A stretch of DNA of 61,048 nucleotides, counting the filler. It is 8 parts of 8 records of this genome, joined end to end, with 100 filler letters (N's around TTAATTAATTAA, not from the genome) between each part and the next. Parts side by side here need not be neighbours in the genome. Positions count along the whole stretch, not along the records: positions 37,535 to 46,533 come from SRR20825010_3024; positions 46,634 to 53,392 come from SRR20825010_3027; 6 more parts are not named here. The stretch is one strand, 5' to 3'. This document shows, in pieces, positions 38,794 through 47,961 of this stretch (its first letter is position 1; each line of letters starts with the position of its first letter). The notes beneath the pieces were generated by a model that saw nothing but the letters and a program-made list of their open reading frames with translations, made no database searches and was not told the origin of the DNA. The position numbers and the translations under genes were made by a program.

Positions 38794-39288
38794 GTGCCCG
38801 CGACGCCTCTCAACGCAACGACGAACAAAACGAGCGATTCATCCACCGCTGCGCCGTCCATCAGCGTCGGCGGGCAGTGGATCGTCGATGCGTCAGGGTG
38901 TGATCCGAAAACGCTTCAGTCCTTGGCGACGATCCAGGCGATCTGTCAGGACGTGATCGCGTCGCTGGGTTTGAAAGTGGTTGGCGAACCGCAATCGCAT
39001 GTCTTTGGACCACCGCACGGCGTCACGGCGTTGTATTTGCTTTCTGAATCACACTTGGCGGTGCACACCTATCCTGAACACGGCGTTGCCACGTTCAATC
39101 TGGTTTGCTGCCGAGAAACTGCGGTGTGGGATTGGCAGACGCAGTTGCAATCTCGTTTGAACGCGACCAACGTGCGAGTCCGACACCTTCGTCGAGGAGC
39201 TTGGGAGACCAACGAAGCCTCAGACACGCACTGCTGCAACGCATCGTCCACACCCATTTCGGAAGCCATCACCGAGGTCGACGAATGA
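38794..39288 (+). CDS. speD: pyruvoyl-dependent S-adenosylmethionine decarboxylase family proenzyme
   Basis: GVTALYLLSESHLAVHTYPE with the E-S self-cleavage site, followed by a conserved Cys. Confidence 0.85.
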   Translation: MPATPLNATTNKTSDSSTAAPSISVGGQWIVDASGCDPKTLQSLATIQAICQDVIASLGLKVVGEPQSHVFGPPHGVTALYLLSESHLAVHTYPEHGVATFNLVCCRETAVWDWQTQLQSRLNATNVRVRHLRRGAWETNEASDTHCCNASSTPISEAITEVDE

Positions 39289-40868
39289 AGGTTCGCCGCG
39301 CTTCGTGTCCCGGTTGTGGGGCGCCTGTTGAATTCCGTTTCGGGAACTCGATGGTCAGCGTCTGCGAATTCTGCCACACCGCAGTCGCTCGCGGTGACAA
39401 AGACATTGAGGACTACGGCAAAGTCAGCGATCTTGTCGAGACCGATTCGGTCGTTCAGCTTGGTTCGACCGGATCCTTTCGGGGCAAGCCCTTCGAAGTG
39501 ATCGGCCGAGTTCAATACGACCATGCCGCCGGCGGCGTTTGGGACGAGTGGTACTTGCGGTTCCCGGGCGACAAGATGGCTTGGTTGGCGGAGGCTCAAG
39601 GCCAATTGCATCTGACGTTTGAACGGCCAGTGCGCTCGAAGTCACCCTTGCCTGATTTCAATTCGCTGTCGCTGGGACAGATCGTTCATTACGGCGGACA
39701 AGATTTGACCGTCGCTGAGTTGGGCGTCGCCAAGGCGAGATCGGCTCAAGGGGAAATCCCTTGGCAGTTTCGTCCCAATGACGACCATCGCTATGTGGAT
39801 CTGCACGGAGCTCCTGAGCCCGAAGGCGGATCATGGTTTGCCACCTTTGATTACTCACGCGGCGAACAACACACATTCATCGGCCGCACAGTTACGAAAG
39901 AAAAACTGAACCTGTCGACTCCCGATTGGCAGCCTGATCCTGGATCAGGAACGATCGCGGTCGCATCGCTTCATCTGAATTGTCCCAAGTGCGGCGGTTC
40001 GCTGGACCTTCATGCACCAAAAGAAACACTGCGAGTTGGATGCCAACACTGCGGTGCGTTGTTGTCCAACGATGATGGGCGGCTGAAATTGCTGACGATG
40101 TTGGAACAACGTGAGATGCACACGTCGTTGCCGCTCGGCATTCGAGGAACCATCGAAGGCACCGAATACATCATCATCGGCATCATGGCTCGCTTCGTGC
40201 GTTACGCGGGCACAACGTATCCCTGGACGGAATACCTGCTCTACGCACCAGGGATCGGATTCCGATGGTTGGTCGAGAATGATCGCCATTGGTCATTCGT
40301 CCAGCCTGTCACCGGACATGCGATGGATCCTCTGGCCACTCGCCTTCGATATGACGGGGATTCCTTTCGCATCTACGACCGCGCCACCGCGATTGTCCGA
40401 CATGTGATCGGCGAGTTCTACTGGAAAGTCCAACAAGGCAACTGTGTCGAGACTGCGGACTTCATAGCCCCGCCAAGAATGCTGTCGATCGAAGACAGTT
40501 TCGAAGGCAGGACACACGAACGTGTTGTGTCATTGGGGACCTACATGAAACCGAGTGAGATTGAGGAAGCTTTCGGCGTCGAAAACCTGACGCGTCCTTG
40601 GGGCGTCGGCGTGATCCAACCTGCGCCCAAAATCTCCTTTGGAGTTTGGCTCGCCTGGGCTGGGTTCTGCTTCTACATGTTCATCATTTACCTCGGCAAC
40701 CATCGTTCTGCCTCATCCGCAACACCGTCCGCTGACGGCTGGATGCTGTTTTACGGGTTGCTGTTTGTTTCAGCGATTCCGATTGGATGCTTGGTTTACA
40801 TACACAACTTCGAAGTCTCCCGCTGGAAAGACAGCGACTTCAGTCCCTACGCCAGCAGTGATGACTGA
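39285..40868 (+). CDS. DUF4178 domain membrane protein with two zinc ribbons
   Basis: CPGCG...CEFC and CPKCG...CQHC, two W.EW/W.EY..WL.E repeats, two C-terminal TM helices, EVSRWKDSD; ATG at 39285 overlaps the speD stop. Confidence 0.8.
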   Translation: MKVRRASCPGCGAPVEFRFGNSMVSVCEFCHTAVARGDKDIEDYGKVSDLVETDSVVQLGSTGSFRGKPFEVIGRVQYDHAAGGVWDEWYLRFPGDKMAWLAEAQGQLHLTFERPVRSKSPLPDFNSLSLGQIVHYGGQDLTVAELGVAKARSAQGEIPWQFRPNDDHRYVDLHGAPEPEGGSWFATFDYSRGEQHTFIGRTVTKEKLNLSTPDWQPDPGSGTIAVASLHLNCPKCGGSLDLHAPKETLRVGCQHCGALLSNDDGRLKLLTMLEQREMHTSLPLGIRGTIEGTEYIIIGIMARFVRYAGTTYPWTEYLLYAPGIGFRWLVENDRHWSFVQPVTGHAMDPLATRLRYDGDSFRIYDRATAIVRHVIGEFYWKVQQGNCVETADFIAPPRMLSIEDSFEGRTHERVVSLGTYMKPSEIEEAFGVENLTRPWGVGVIQPAPKISFGVWLAWAGFCFYMFIIYLGNHRSASSATPSADGWMLFYGLLFVSAIPIGCLVYIHNFEVSRWKDSDFSPYASSDD

Positions 40869-41032
40869 TGAAAATACTACGAATCTATTTGATCATCGGC
40901 GTGCTCGTTTGCTGCTGGTACTCGGTCGCCGCGTTTCGAGGTTGGCAAGCGATCAACTTTGGCATTGTCGACAACATGGGCAGCAGCGGCGGCGGTCGTG
41001 CCTACGGTGGTTCGTGGGGCGGCGGAAAATAA
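40868..41032 (+). CDS. 54-aa single-TM microprotein with Gly-rich tail ending GGGK (absent from ORF track)
   Basis: MKILRIYLIIGVLVCCWYSVAAFRGWQAINFGIVDNMGSSGGGRAYGGSWGGGK; TGATG overlap with the upstream stop. Confidence 0.8.
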   Translation: MKILRIYLIIGVLVCCWYSVAAFRGWQAINFGIVDNMGSSGGGRAYGGSWGGGK

Positions 41033-41140
41033 CCAACCGACACCAGGCCACTCGCAACATGCATCGCAGCGACACACCGCACTCATCAAATCAACACACA
41101 ACACTCCAACGAATCCAAACCAATCGAAAAGGTAGAGAGC

Positions 41141-41428
41141 ATGATTGATCAACTACGTGGCTTGGCACAATCCGACTCTGTCGTGGTGGATCCGACACCC
41201 GCGACCGGCACCAGTCTGGATTTGCTTTTGCAGCATCTGATTGCCGCTTGCGTGTTCTCCGTAGTCGGAATCGTTGTCTTCATGGGCTGTCTGGTGCTGA
41301 TGGAAAAGCTCACGCCCTTCTCGATCCTGCACGAGATCGGCGAAGAGCACAACTTGGCAGTCTCGATCGTCGTCGCCGCGATCGTGCTCGGCGTCTCCAT
41401 CATCATCGCCGCCTCCGTGATCGGTTGA
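41141..41428 (+). CDS. DUF350 family small membrane protein
   Basis: two TM helices around EKLTPF...EI.EEHNLAV.I. Confidence 0.82.
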   Translation: MIDQLRGLAQSDSVVVDPTPATGTSLDLLLQHLIAACVFSVVGIVVFMGCLVLMEKLTPFSILHEIGEEHNLAVSIVVAAIVLGVSIIIAASVIG

Positions 41429-41569
41429 TCCGCCACGCCGCATCCGATCAATTCGGTTCTTGAGACATGGTCGCAACTACCCCCCACCTCTCAGCCTGCG
41501 AATCGAACGATCGTTGCTTGTCTGGATGCTGACGGACAACGTTTCTCAAATTGCAAAACAGAGCATTTC

Positions 41570-42013
41570 ATGCACAAGACAGAGCTCTTTGCGAATGCGC
41601 GTTCGAGATGCTGCAAGCACATTTGGTTTGGAACCATAATCGGTCTTCTATCTGCATTCATTTCCGGATGCTTACCCACGCCAGCACTCCGAGTATCCCA
41701 ACTTAACGGTAAAGTCATCCCGCGCGGTGAAAAGATGATCGACGTCGATATGTCCGGCACCAAAATGAAGGACGGTGACCTCTATTCCATCTTCGGCCTG
41801 CGTTCAAACGGCCAAAGCGGATACCAGCATATCCACACACTGGATCTATCCGGTACGCGCATCACAGACGACGCCCTCCACTTCATCGCGTTGCCGGAGG
41901 ACAGCTCATTCCCATTGAGAATCAAAGTGTTGAAATTGACCAACACCAACGTTTCAGAAGCTGCGATCCAGCAACTTCAAGATGCCAATCCAAATTACGA
42001 AATCATACGGTAG
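41570..42013 (+). CDS. short leucine-rich-repeat protein, possible lipoprotein
   Basis: lipobox-like ISGC; LDLSGTRITD and LKLTNTNVSE repeats; LQ..NP..EI cap typical of planctomycete LRR proteins. Confidence 0.65.
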   Translation: MHKTELFANARSRCCKHIWFGTIIGLLSAFISGCLPTPALRVSQLNGKVIPRGEKMIDVDMSGTKMKDGDLYSIFGLRSNGQSGYQHIHTLDLSGTRITDDALHFIALPEDSSFPLRIKVLKLTNTNVSEAAIQQLQDANPNYEIIR

Positions 42014-42205
42014 CGAGCACTTCTGACGATGTTGTTTTAGCATCGCGCTGGCCTGTCATGATTTTGCCAGCGAGTGGGCAAGCGTTTTCACCGCGAATGA
42101 ACACGTTGTCGTCCATTCCCCGTCGTTCGTGTTTCAGGGCGTTGCGATCTACATCCTAGGCGGTTGACCGAACGCGTCAGCTGAAAACAGGGAAGGAAGA
42201 TCGAC

Positions 42206-42616
42206 ATGCCTGCAGTGCTCCGTATCACCGGTGACCATCTCGCTCTTGAATCGATTGAACGCGAATCGGCCTTGGCGATTGAAGAGACGACTCAATCTCG
42301 AAAGAAGCGGCTTCAATGGACAGACGCCACGCAGACGGACTCGACATTCCGCTTGGTCGTTTCGCATTCAGAGGGGGACCACGTACCGCAACAGATCGAA
42401 GACGCTTGCGTCTTTCTTGAAGCAAATGAAGAGGCATTGCGGTCCATTTTCAATGCACTACCAAATTGCAAACGGACGCTGGACTTTTCCTGGGACCTTC
42501 CCGATGGATCGCTCGGTCAGTTCAATCGATTCCCAACGACGCTCCTCTCCCAGTTGAACGCTTTCGGGATAGAGCTGGGTGTCTCTGTCTATGGTGTCGC
42601 GAATAGCACAGACTGA
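42206..42616 (+). CDS. hypothetical protein (DUF4279-like)
   Basis: 136-aa ORF after GGAAGGA RBS; C-terminal FP..LL..L..FGIELGVSVY. Confidence 0.55.
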   Translation: MPAVLRITGDHLALESIERESALAIEETTQSRKKRLQWTDATQTDSTFRLVVSHSEGDHVPQQIEDACVFLEANEEALRSIFNALPNCKRTLDFSWDLPDGSLGQFNRFPTTLLSQLNAFGIELGVSVYGVANSTD

Positions 42617-42861
42617 CTTCAGTCGCCAACAGTGTTTGAGCTTCGCCAACGCGACGAGCAATTCGCATCAGTGATTGAGGATCTCCAAGGTCCGCGTAGT
42701 TGTTTGAATAACATGGCTCGATTGTCGAGATGCGACAGTCTCGGCACGTCGCCCAGCAAGCTCAACGACCTGGGAAGGTCTTCGTACGAATTGGCCGGCA
42801 TCGTTGACAACTCTGCGACGGAGCAATGGAAGCTCTTGACTTCCACTACCTACGGGGTCCA

Positions 42862-43827
42862 TCACTGGTACTTTTCCAGCCAAACTTCATACTTGTCAGA
42901 TTCGCTAAGAAACTTCTCTGCATCGATTCTTATCGGTTCCTTCACCCCTGTACGCTTCGGGAACACTACAGCTTTTGTACCGTGCTGAGCTAGAAACGGA
43001 CGTAACGATTTGAGGCAGTTGATAAAATGTTCTTTTTTTGGTTTGTAGTGACCGCTTTTCGCCGTGATTTCGATCAGCTTTCCATTGTTCACCTTCCATT
43101 CTCCTGCGCCCTTGACCGGTCGTCCTTCCAGGAAACTTGAATGGTGAAACTGACCAACAACGTGACTGCCGGTGTAGAAAACGCCGCTTGGACTCAACAC
43201 ATAAATCGCCCATCCTGGACCTGTAAAATGGGTTTTCATAATCGTGGTGTCGAGAGGCTTGCCATCTTTCTGCAATAGGCCGTTTTGCATGACAACGCGG
43301 TAGCGAACCCGAGCCTGCGCGTCCAAATACGCGACGTGCTGGAGCAGTTTTTTTACTTGGGACGGAAGAATGTGTCTGTCTTCATCTGCTCGGTGTCCGA
43401 ATATGTTCTTTTCTTTTTCCATCGAAAAGGAACTTCGCAACATGGAGATGACACCGAATTCGCCGAGTGAATTCAGCCATTCGAAAAATGGCTGAGGGGG
43501 TTTCACATTTCTGTAGACCCCTAAACTCCCGAACAACAACCAGAACGTCCGATGCTGGCTATCCTGCTTCTCCAAGCTGTACCTTTTGTGCGCTAAAGAA
43601 CGCAGCCCTCCGCTTTGCCGAACATCACTTTCCATTTGTTGCTTCAGCTGTTCGTAGTACTTTTCCCAAAGTTGACGTTTGTGCTGCGACGCTCCTCCAT
43701 GAACTAGGCTGTCCATATGGTTGTCGAACGCGCAATCGTCTTCAACTTCCGTGTATTTCGAGTACTGATGATCTGAGTGGCTGCGATTCCCGATTTCGTG
43801 ATCGACAAGCGTTGCAGGAGACGTCAT
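42862..43827 (-). CDS. protein carrying the conserved core of plant/fungal IQM proteins
   Basis: LE..D..HR, QPFF.WL, YL....R..Y.V...NG, IYVLS, FHHSSFL, AG...V.NG.L..I...SGHY.P in the IQM order. Confidence 0.7.
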   Translation of the reverse strand: MTSPATLVDHEIGNRSHSDHQYSKYTEVEDDCAFDNHMDSLVHGGASQHKRQLWEKYYEQLKQQMESDVRQSGGLRSLAHKRYSLEKQDSQHRTFWLLFGSLGVYRNVKPPQPFFEWLNSLGEFGVISMLRSSFSMEKEKNIFGHRADEDRHILPSQVKKLLQHVAYLDAQARVRYRVVMQNGLLQKDGKPLDTTIMKTHFTGPGWAIYVLSPSGVFYTGSHVVGQFHHSSFLEGRPVKGAGEWKVNNGKLIEITAKSGHYKPKKEHFINCLKSLRPFLAQHGTKAVVFPKRTGVKEPIRIDAEKFLSESDKYEVWLEKYQ

Positions 43828-44595
43828 CACGGATTCCAATCGGAAAGCGGCGCAAAACAGTCATGGTGCCGTTGGTAAAACCGACACGACCAGGTCATTT
43901 TATGCTTCGACCTAATTGACCATTCATCATGAACCATATTTAGCACGGCTTCTCTGGCCATGCTCCCACAGCTATCAAGCTGGACGTCGAAAGCAACTAC
44001 GTCCGCAATGCCGCAACGATTGCGGCCGTCTTCATTGCTTTCGAACCAACTTCTGAAGACCGTCCCCCGGTTTGCCCGACTATGCAACCCATTTTCGCTT
44101 TCCCATTCTGCGTCGACCAAACACTGCCATATCGATCGAAGCCATTGGTAGTTGCTTGCCCGCGTATGGGACAGTGCCTATTCTTATCGCGATGCCAAGA
44201 AACAACTGGCGATGAGGAACGTTGCAAGTGTTTCACGAACTTGTTCGTGAAACAACTCGATCACTGAACTGTGATCACATTGAGTGAAGTTGTTTCTTTC
44301 TGCGCACTGGAGGCGCATCACGCGATGAAAGTCGTGCCTGACCGGCACGATGCATCCCAGCGACAGCCACGCCCTAACCGGCAAACTTTCTGTCGTCGCG
44401 ACAACCGACGGCTTGTTCACCGGGTCGTGCGGTTTGGAGCAAACAGGGTGATATTTCATCGGCATGGTTTTTTGACCGGGCACGTTTTGTGACCTAAGTT
44501 TGCTCAGCCCCACGATTCGGAGTGTCTTCCGTGTGGCTTGGACTCACCCCGTCCAGCAATCCCCCTCCAACGACACTCGCGATGGAATCGGCGCA

Positions 44596-46367
44596 TGGAC
44601 CTGTTAACGACGATCAATCGATGCCTTGCTTTTGACAAGCAAGCGGACCAGTCAAACGAAGGCAAAGCGATTGCCAAGCACGCTCGTCGGCGACGAGTCG
44701 CTGGCCGCATGCGGACGTTTGCATTGGTCGTCGGTGCGATCGCCGTCGGCGGATCTTCCATCCCCGCGTTTGCACAAGGCTTCGTGCCTTCACGTGGTCC
44801 TACCGTTTCCGCCCCCACCAACGACGCCGAACGCAAACTCGAAGAACAAGAGCGTGCTCGAGCGTTGGCTGATGGCATTGAACTGGAAGATGCCGGTCAG
44901 TGGAGCGACGCAATCGACCACTATGAGTCGGCAACTCGCCGGTTCCCACAGGACCGCATCCTGTATCAGCGACTGCTGATCAGCCGGTTGCGATTTGACG
45001 TCAACCGCCGCTATCAAGATCAAACGTACTTGCGATCGCTGCGTGACATGACAACGTCGCAGTCATTGGACTTGTACAGCGAGATTTTGGCGAACCTGCA
45101 AACGCACTATGTTGACACGATTGAGTGGTCACGAGTGTTGCTGCACGGCACCGCGGCTCTCGAAACCGCGTTGGATGATGAAACGTTCGTGCAAACGATG
45201 CTTCCCAATGCGACACCGGAACAGATTGAGAAGTTCCGGATGGAAATCCACCACCGGATCAGTCAGCGGTCCACCCAAAGTCGATTTGACTTGCGAGCGA
45301 CCGTGTCCCAGGTTGCGTCCATGGCTCAACAAGAACTCGGCTTGAGCGGAACGGCAACGGTTCTGGAGTTCGTATCGGGTGCGGTTTCGACGTTGGACAC
45401 GTACACTCGCTTGCTGTCGCCTGGACAACTGGACGACATGTTCAGCACCATCGATGGCAACTTCGTTGGACTTGGCGTCGAGTTGAAGCCTGGCGAAGAC
45501 TGTTTGAACATTTTGTCGGTGATTCCGGGTGGTCCCGCCGATGAAGCCGGCATCGTCGCTGGCGATCGAATCATGGGCGTGGACGCGATTTCCGCCGCTG
45601 ACCGTGACCCTGACTACGTTGCCGATTTGCTGCGTGGTCCCGAGGGTTCTTTGGTGTCACTCGAGATCGCTTCCGTTGATCAACAACCACGTTCCATCCG
45701 AGTCGCACGACGCCGGGTCGACGTGCCATGTGTTGAAAACATTCACTTGGTCGACACGGATGCCAAGATTGGTTACTTCCGACTGACAAATTTCCAAAAG
45801 TCGACGCCCGCAGAAGTGGAGAAAGCACTTTGGGCACTCAGTCGTCAAGGAATGCGTTCGCTGATCATCGATCTGCGTGACAATCCCGGCGGATTGTTGC
45901 CCGCGTCGGTGGAAGTCGCCGATCGGTTCATCGACAACGGTCGAATCCTGACCACCCGAGGTCGCAACGCTCGCGAAAACTTTGACTACTCGGCTCACCG
46001 TGCCAACACATGGAATGTTCCGTTGGCGGTCTTGATTGACCGAAACAGTGCGAGTGCCAGCGAGATCTTCTCCGGTGCAATTCGCGATTCCAACCGTGGA
46101 ACGGTCGTCGGCGAAAAAAGCTATGGCAAAGGCAGCGTGCAGGGCATCTTCCGAATGCAAGCCGCCCAGTTCGGGCTGTGCCTGACAACGGCGAAGTTCT
46201 ACTCGCCAAGCGGTCGAGCGATCAGTCGCAACGGTGTGGAACCACACCTGTCCGTGCCGCCAACCTACATCGCGGCTCGCCCGGATGAGAACGGACGATT
46301 GGTCACGGAATTGGAAGACGACGTGCTTCAACGAGCCATCGAACACTTGGCTCAACCGGCACACTGA
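44596..46367 (+). CDS. carboxy-terminal processing protease (S41A, PDZ domain)
   Basis: FVGLGVE (PDZ), DLRDNPGG, SASASEI, SYGKGSVQ; start uncertain. Confidence 0.9.
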
Positions 46368-46533
46368 TTGGCTTGCGATTGTTAGCCGACTTGCGTTAGC
46401 ACCGGTAGTTCGATGCAACCGGGCCTAGCGGCCATCGTCAGATTGGTGCGGTTTGGAAGAGAGATCTGGTCAGCGGGTGTCAGCTTGTAGATCGGTCGTG
46501 GCGATTGAAAAAGTTAAATTGACAATTGTAAAT

Positions 46534-46633
46534 NNNNNNNNNNNNNNNNNNNNNNNNNNNNNNNNNNNNNNNNNNNNTTAATTAATTAANNNNNNNNNNN
46601 NNNNNNNNNNNNNNNNNNNNNNNNNNNNNNNNN
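46534..46633. other. artificial contig linker
   Basis: 44 N + TTAATTAATTAA + 44 N. Confidence 0.99.
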
Positions 46634-47149
46634 CGCCCGGCGGCGATGTATCATTCCTGGGGCGGCCAGAATGCCTGGTTGCGCCAATTGCACGGCAAGA
46701 ACCCGCTGTTCATGAACCGGAAGCAGGGCGAAAAACTCGGCATCGCGGACGGGGACTGGGTCTATGTCACCTCCCATCACGGCCAGATCAAGGTGCCGGT
46801 CAAACTGATGGAAGGCGTCAATCCGGACACGGCCTGGACCTGGAACGCCATCGGCAAGCGCCGGGGTGCCTGGAACCTCGGCAAGGACGCGCCGGAAGCA
46901 ACCAAGGGCTTCCTGCTGAACCACGTGATCTCCGAGCTGCTGCCCGCACGCAAGGACGGCTACCGCTATGCCAACGCGGACCCGGTCACCGGTCAGGCGG
47001 CCTGGTATGATCTACGGGTCAGGATCGAGAAAGCGGCGGATGGTCGGCCGGAGACCGTTGCCGAGCCACAATTCCCGGTCCTGAAGACAGCGCCGACGGC
47101 GGAGCGCCCGAAAGGGCCGCTCCAGTACAAAGGGAGGCGCGGCCAATGA
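46634..47149 (+). CDS. soeA: sulfite dehydrogenase molybdopterin subunit, C-terminal fragment
   Basis: MYHSWG.QNAWLRQ, WTWNAIGK, DPVTGQAAWYD. Confidence 0.85.
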   Translation, partial: RPAAMYHSWGGQNAWLRQLHGKNPLFMNRKQGEKLGIADGDWVYVTSHHGQIKVPVKLMEGVNPDTAWTWNAIGKRRGAWNLGKDAPEATKGFLLNHVISELLPARKDGYRYANADPVTGQAAWYDLRVRIEKAADGRPETVAEPQFPVLKTAPTAERPKGPLQYKGRRGQ

Positions 47150-47952
47150 CCTCTCTTCCCACAGCCCTTCCCGCTTCGGCCGGAGGCAAGAAACTCGGCC
47201 TCGTCATTGATCTCGATATCTGCGTCGGCTGCCATGCCTGCGCGGTAAACTGCAAGGAATGGAACACCAGCGGCCATTCGGCGCCGCTGACGGACTGGAA
47301 CGCCTATAGCGACGATGCCACCGAAGATGGCGACGAAGGTGCCTGGGGTGTCTGGTTCAACCGCATCCACACCTATGAAGCCGGTGAAGGCGAAGACGCC
47401 CGCACGGTGCATTTCCCGCGCTCCTGCCTGCATTGCGAGACACCGGACTGTGTGACGGTTTGCCCGACCGGCGCCTCCTACAAGCGGGCCGAGGACGGCA
47501 TCGTACTGGTCAACGCGGATCTCTGCATCGGCTGCAAGCTCTGCTCCTGGGCCTGCCCCTATGGTGCCCGGGAATACGACAAGACCGAGGGGGTGATGAA
47601 GAAATGCACCCTCTGCGTCGACAAGATCTATAACGAGAACCTGGAAGAACAGGACCGGGTTCCGGCCTGCGTTTCCACCTGTCCCGCCAGCGCCCGGCAT
47701 TTCGGCGATCTCGGAGACCCGGACTCCGATGTCTCGAAACTGGTCGCCGAGCGCGAAGGGTACGAGCTGATGCCGGAAATGGGCTACAAGCCTGTGAACC
47801 GCTACCTGCCGCCGCGCCCGCGCCGCAACAAGGCCGATGAGTTCGGCGCCCCCGAACATCTCGCGGATCTTGCCCTGCGGGTTCCTGCCGGTGAGACGAC
47901 TTCCGGCGCCAGCGGCCTACTCGGCTGGCTCGACACCATGCTTTCCCGCTGA
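47146..47952 (+). CDS. soeB: sulfite dehydrogenase iron-sulfur subunit
   Basis: LGLVIDLD.CVGCHAC...CKEWN and four [4Fe-4S] Cys groups. Confidence 0.87.
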   Translation: MTSLPTALPASAGGKKLGLVIDLDICVGCHACAVNCKEWNTSGHSAPLTDWNAYSDDATEDGDEGAWGVWFNRIHTYEAGEGEDARTVHFPRSCLHCETPDCVTVCPTGASYKRAEDGIVLVNADLCIGCKLCSWACPYGAREYDKTEGVMKKCTLCVDKIYNENLEEQDRVPACVSTCPASARHFGDLGDPDSDVSKLVAEREGYELMPEMGYKPVNRYLPPRPRRNKADEFGAPEHLADLALRVPAGETTSGASGLLGWLDTMLSR

Positions 47953-47961
47953 GGCCCGCAG

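Noticed and set aside
39105-39284. N-terminal extension of the DUF4178 ORF
   Set aside because: Overlaps speD; the coupled ATG at 39285 immediately precedes the zinc ribbon
40639-41148. 169-aa plus-strand ORF over the DUF4178 end
   Set aside because: Alternative-frame overlap with no protein-like features; the 54-aa coupled ORF explains the region better
42619-42883. Short ORFs downstream of the IQM-like gene as a cognate immunity gene
   Set aside because: One has a TGATG overlap, but the competing frames give no recognisable motif or RBS, so none can be supported
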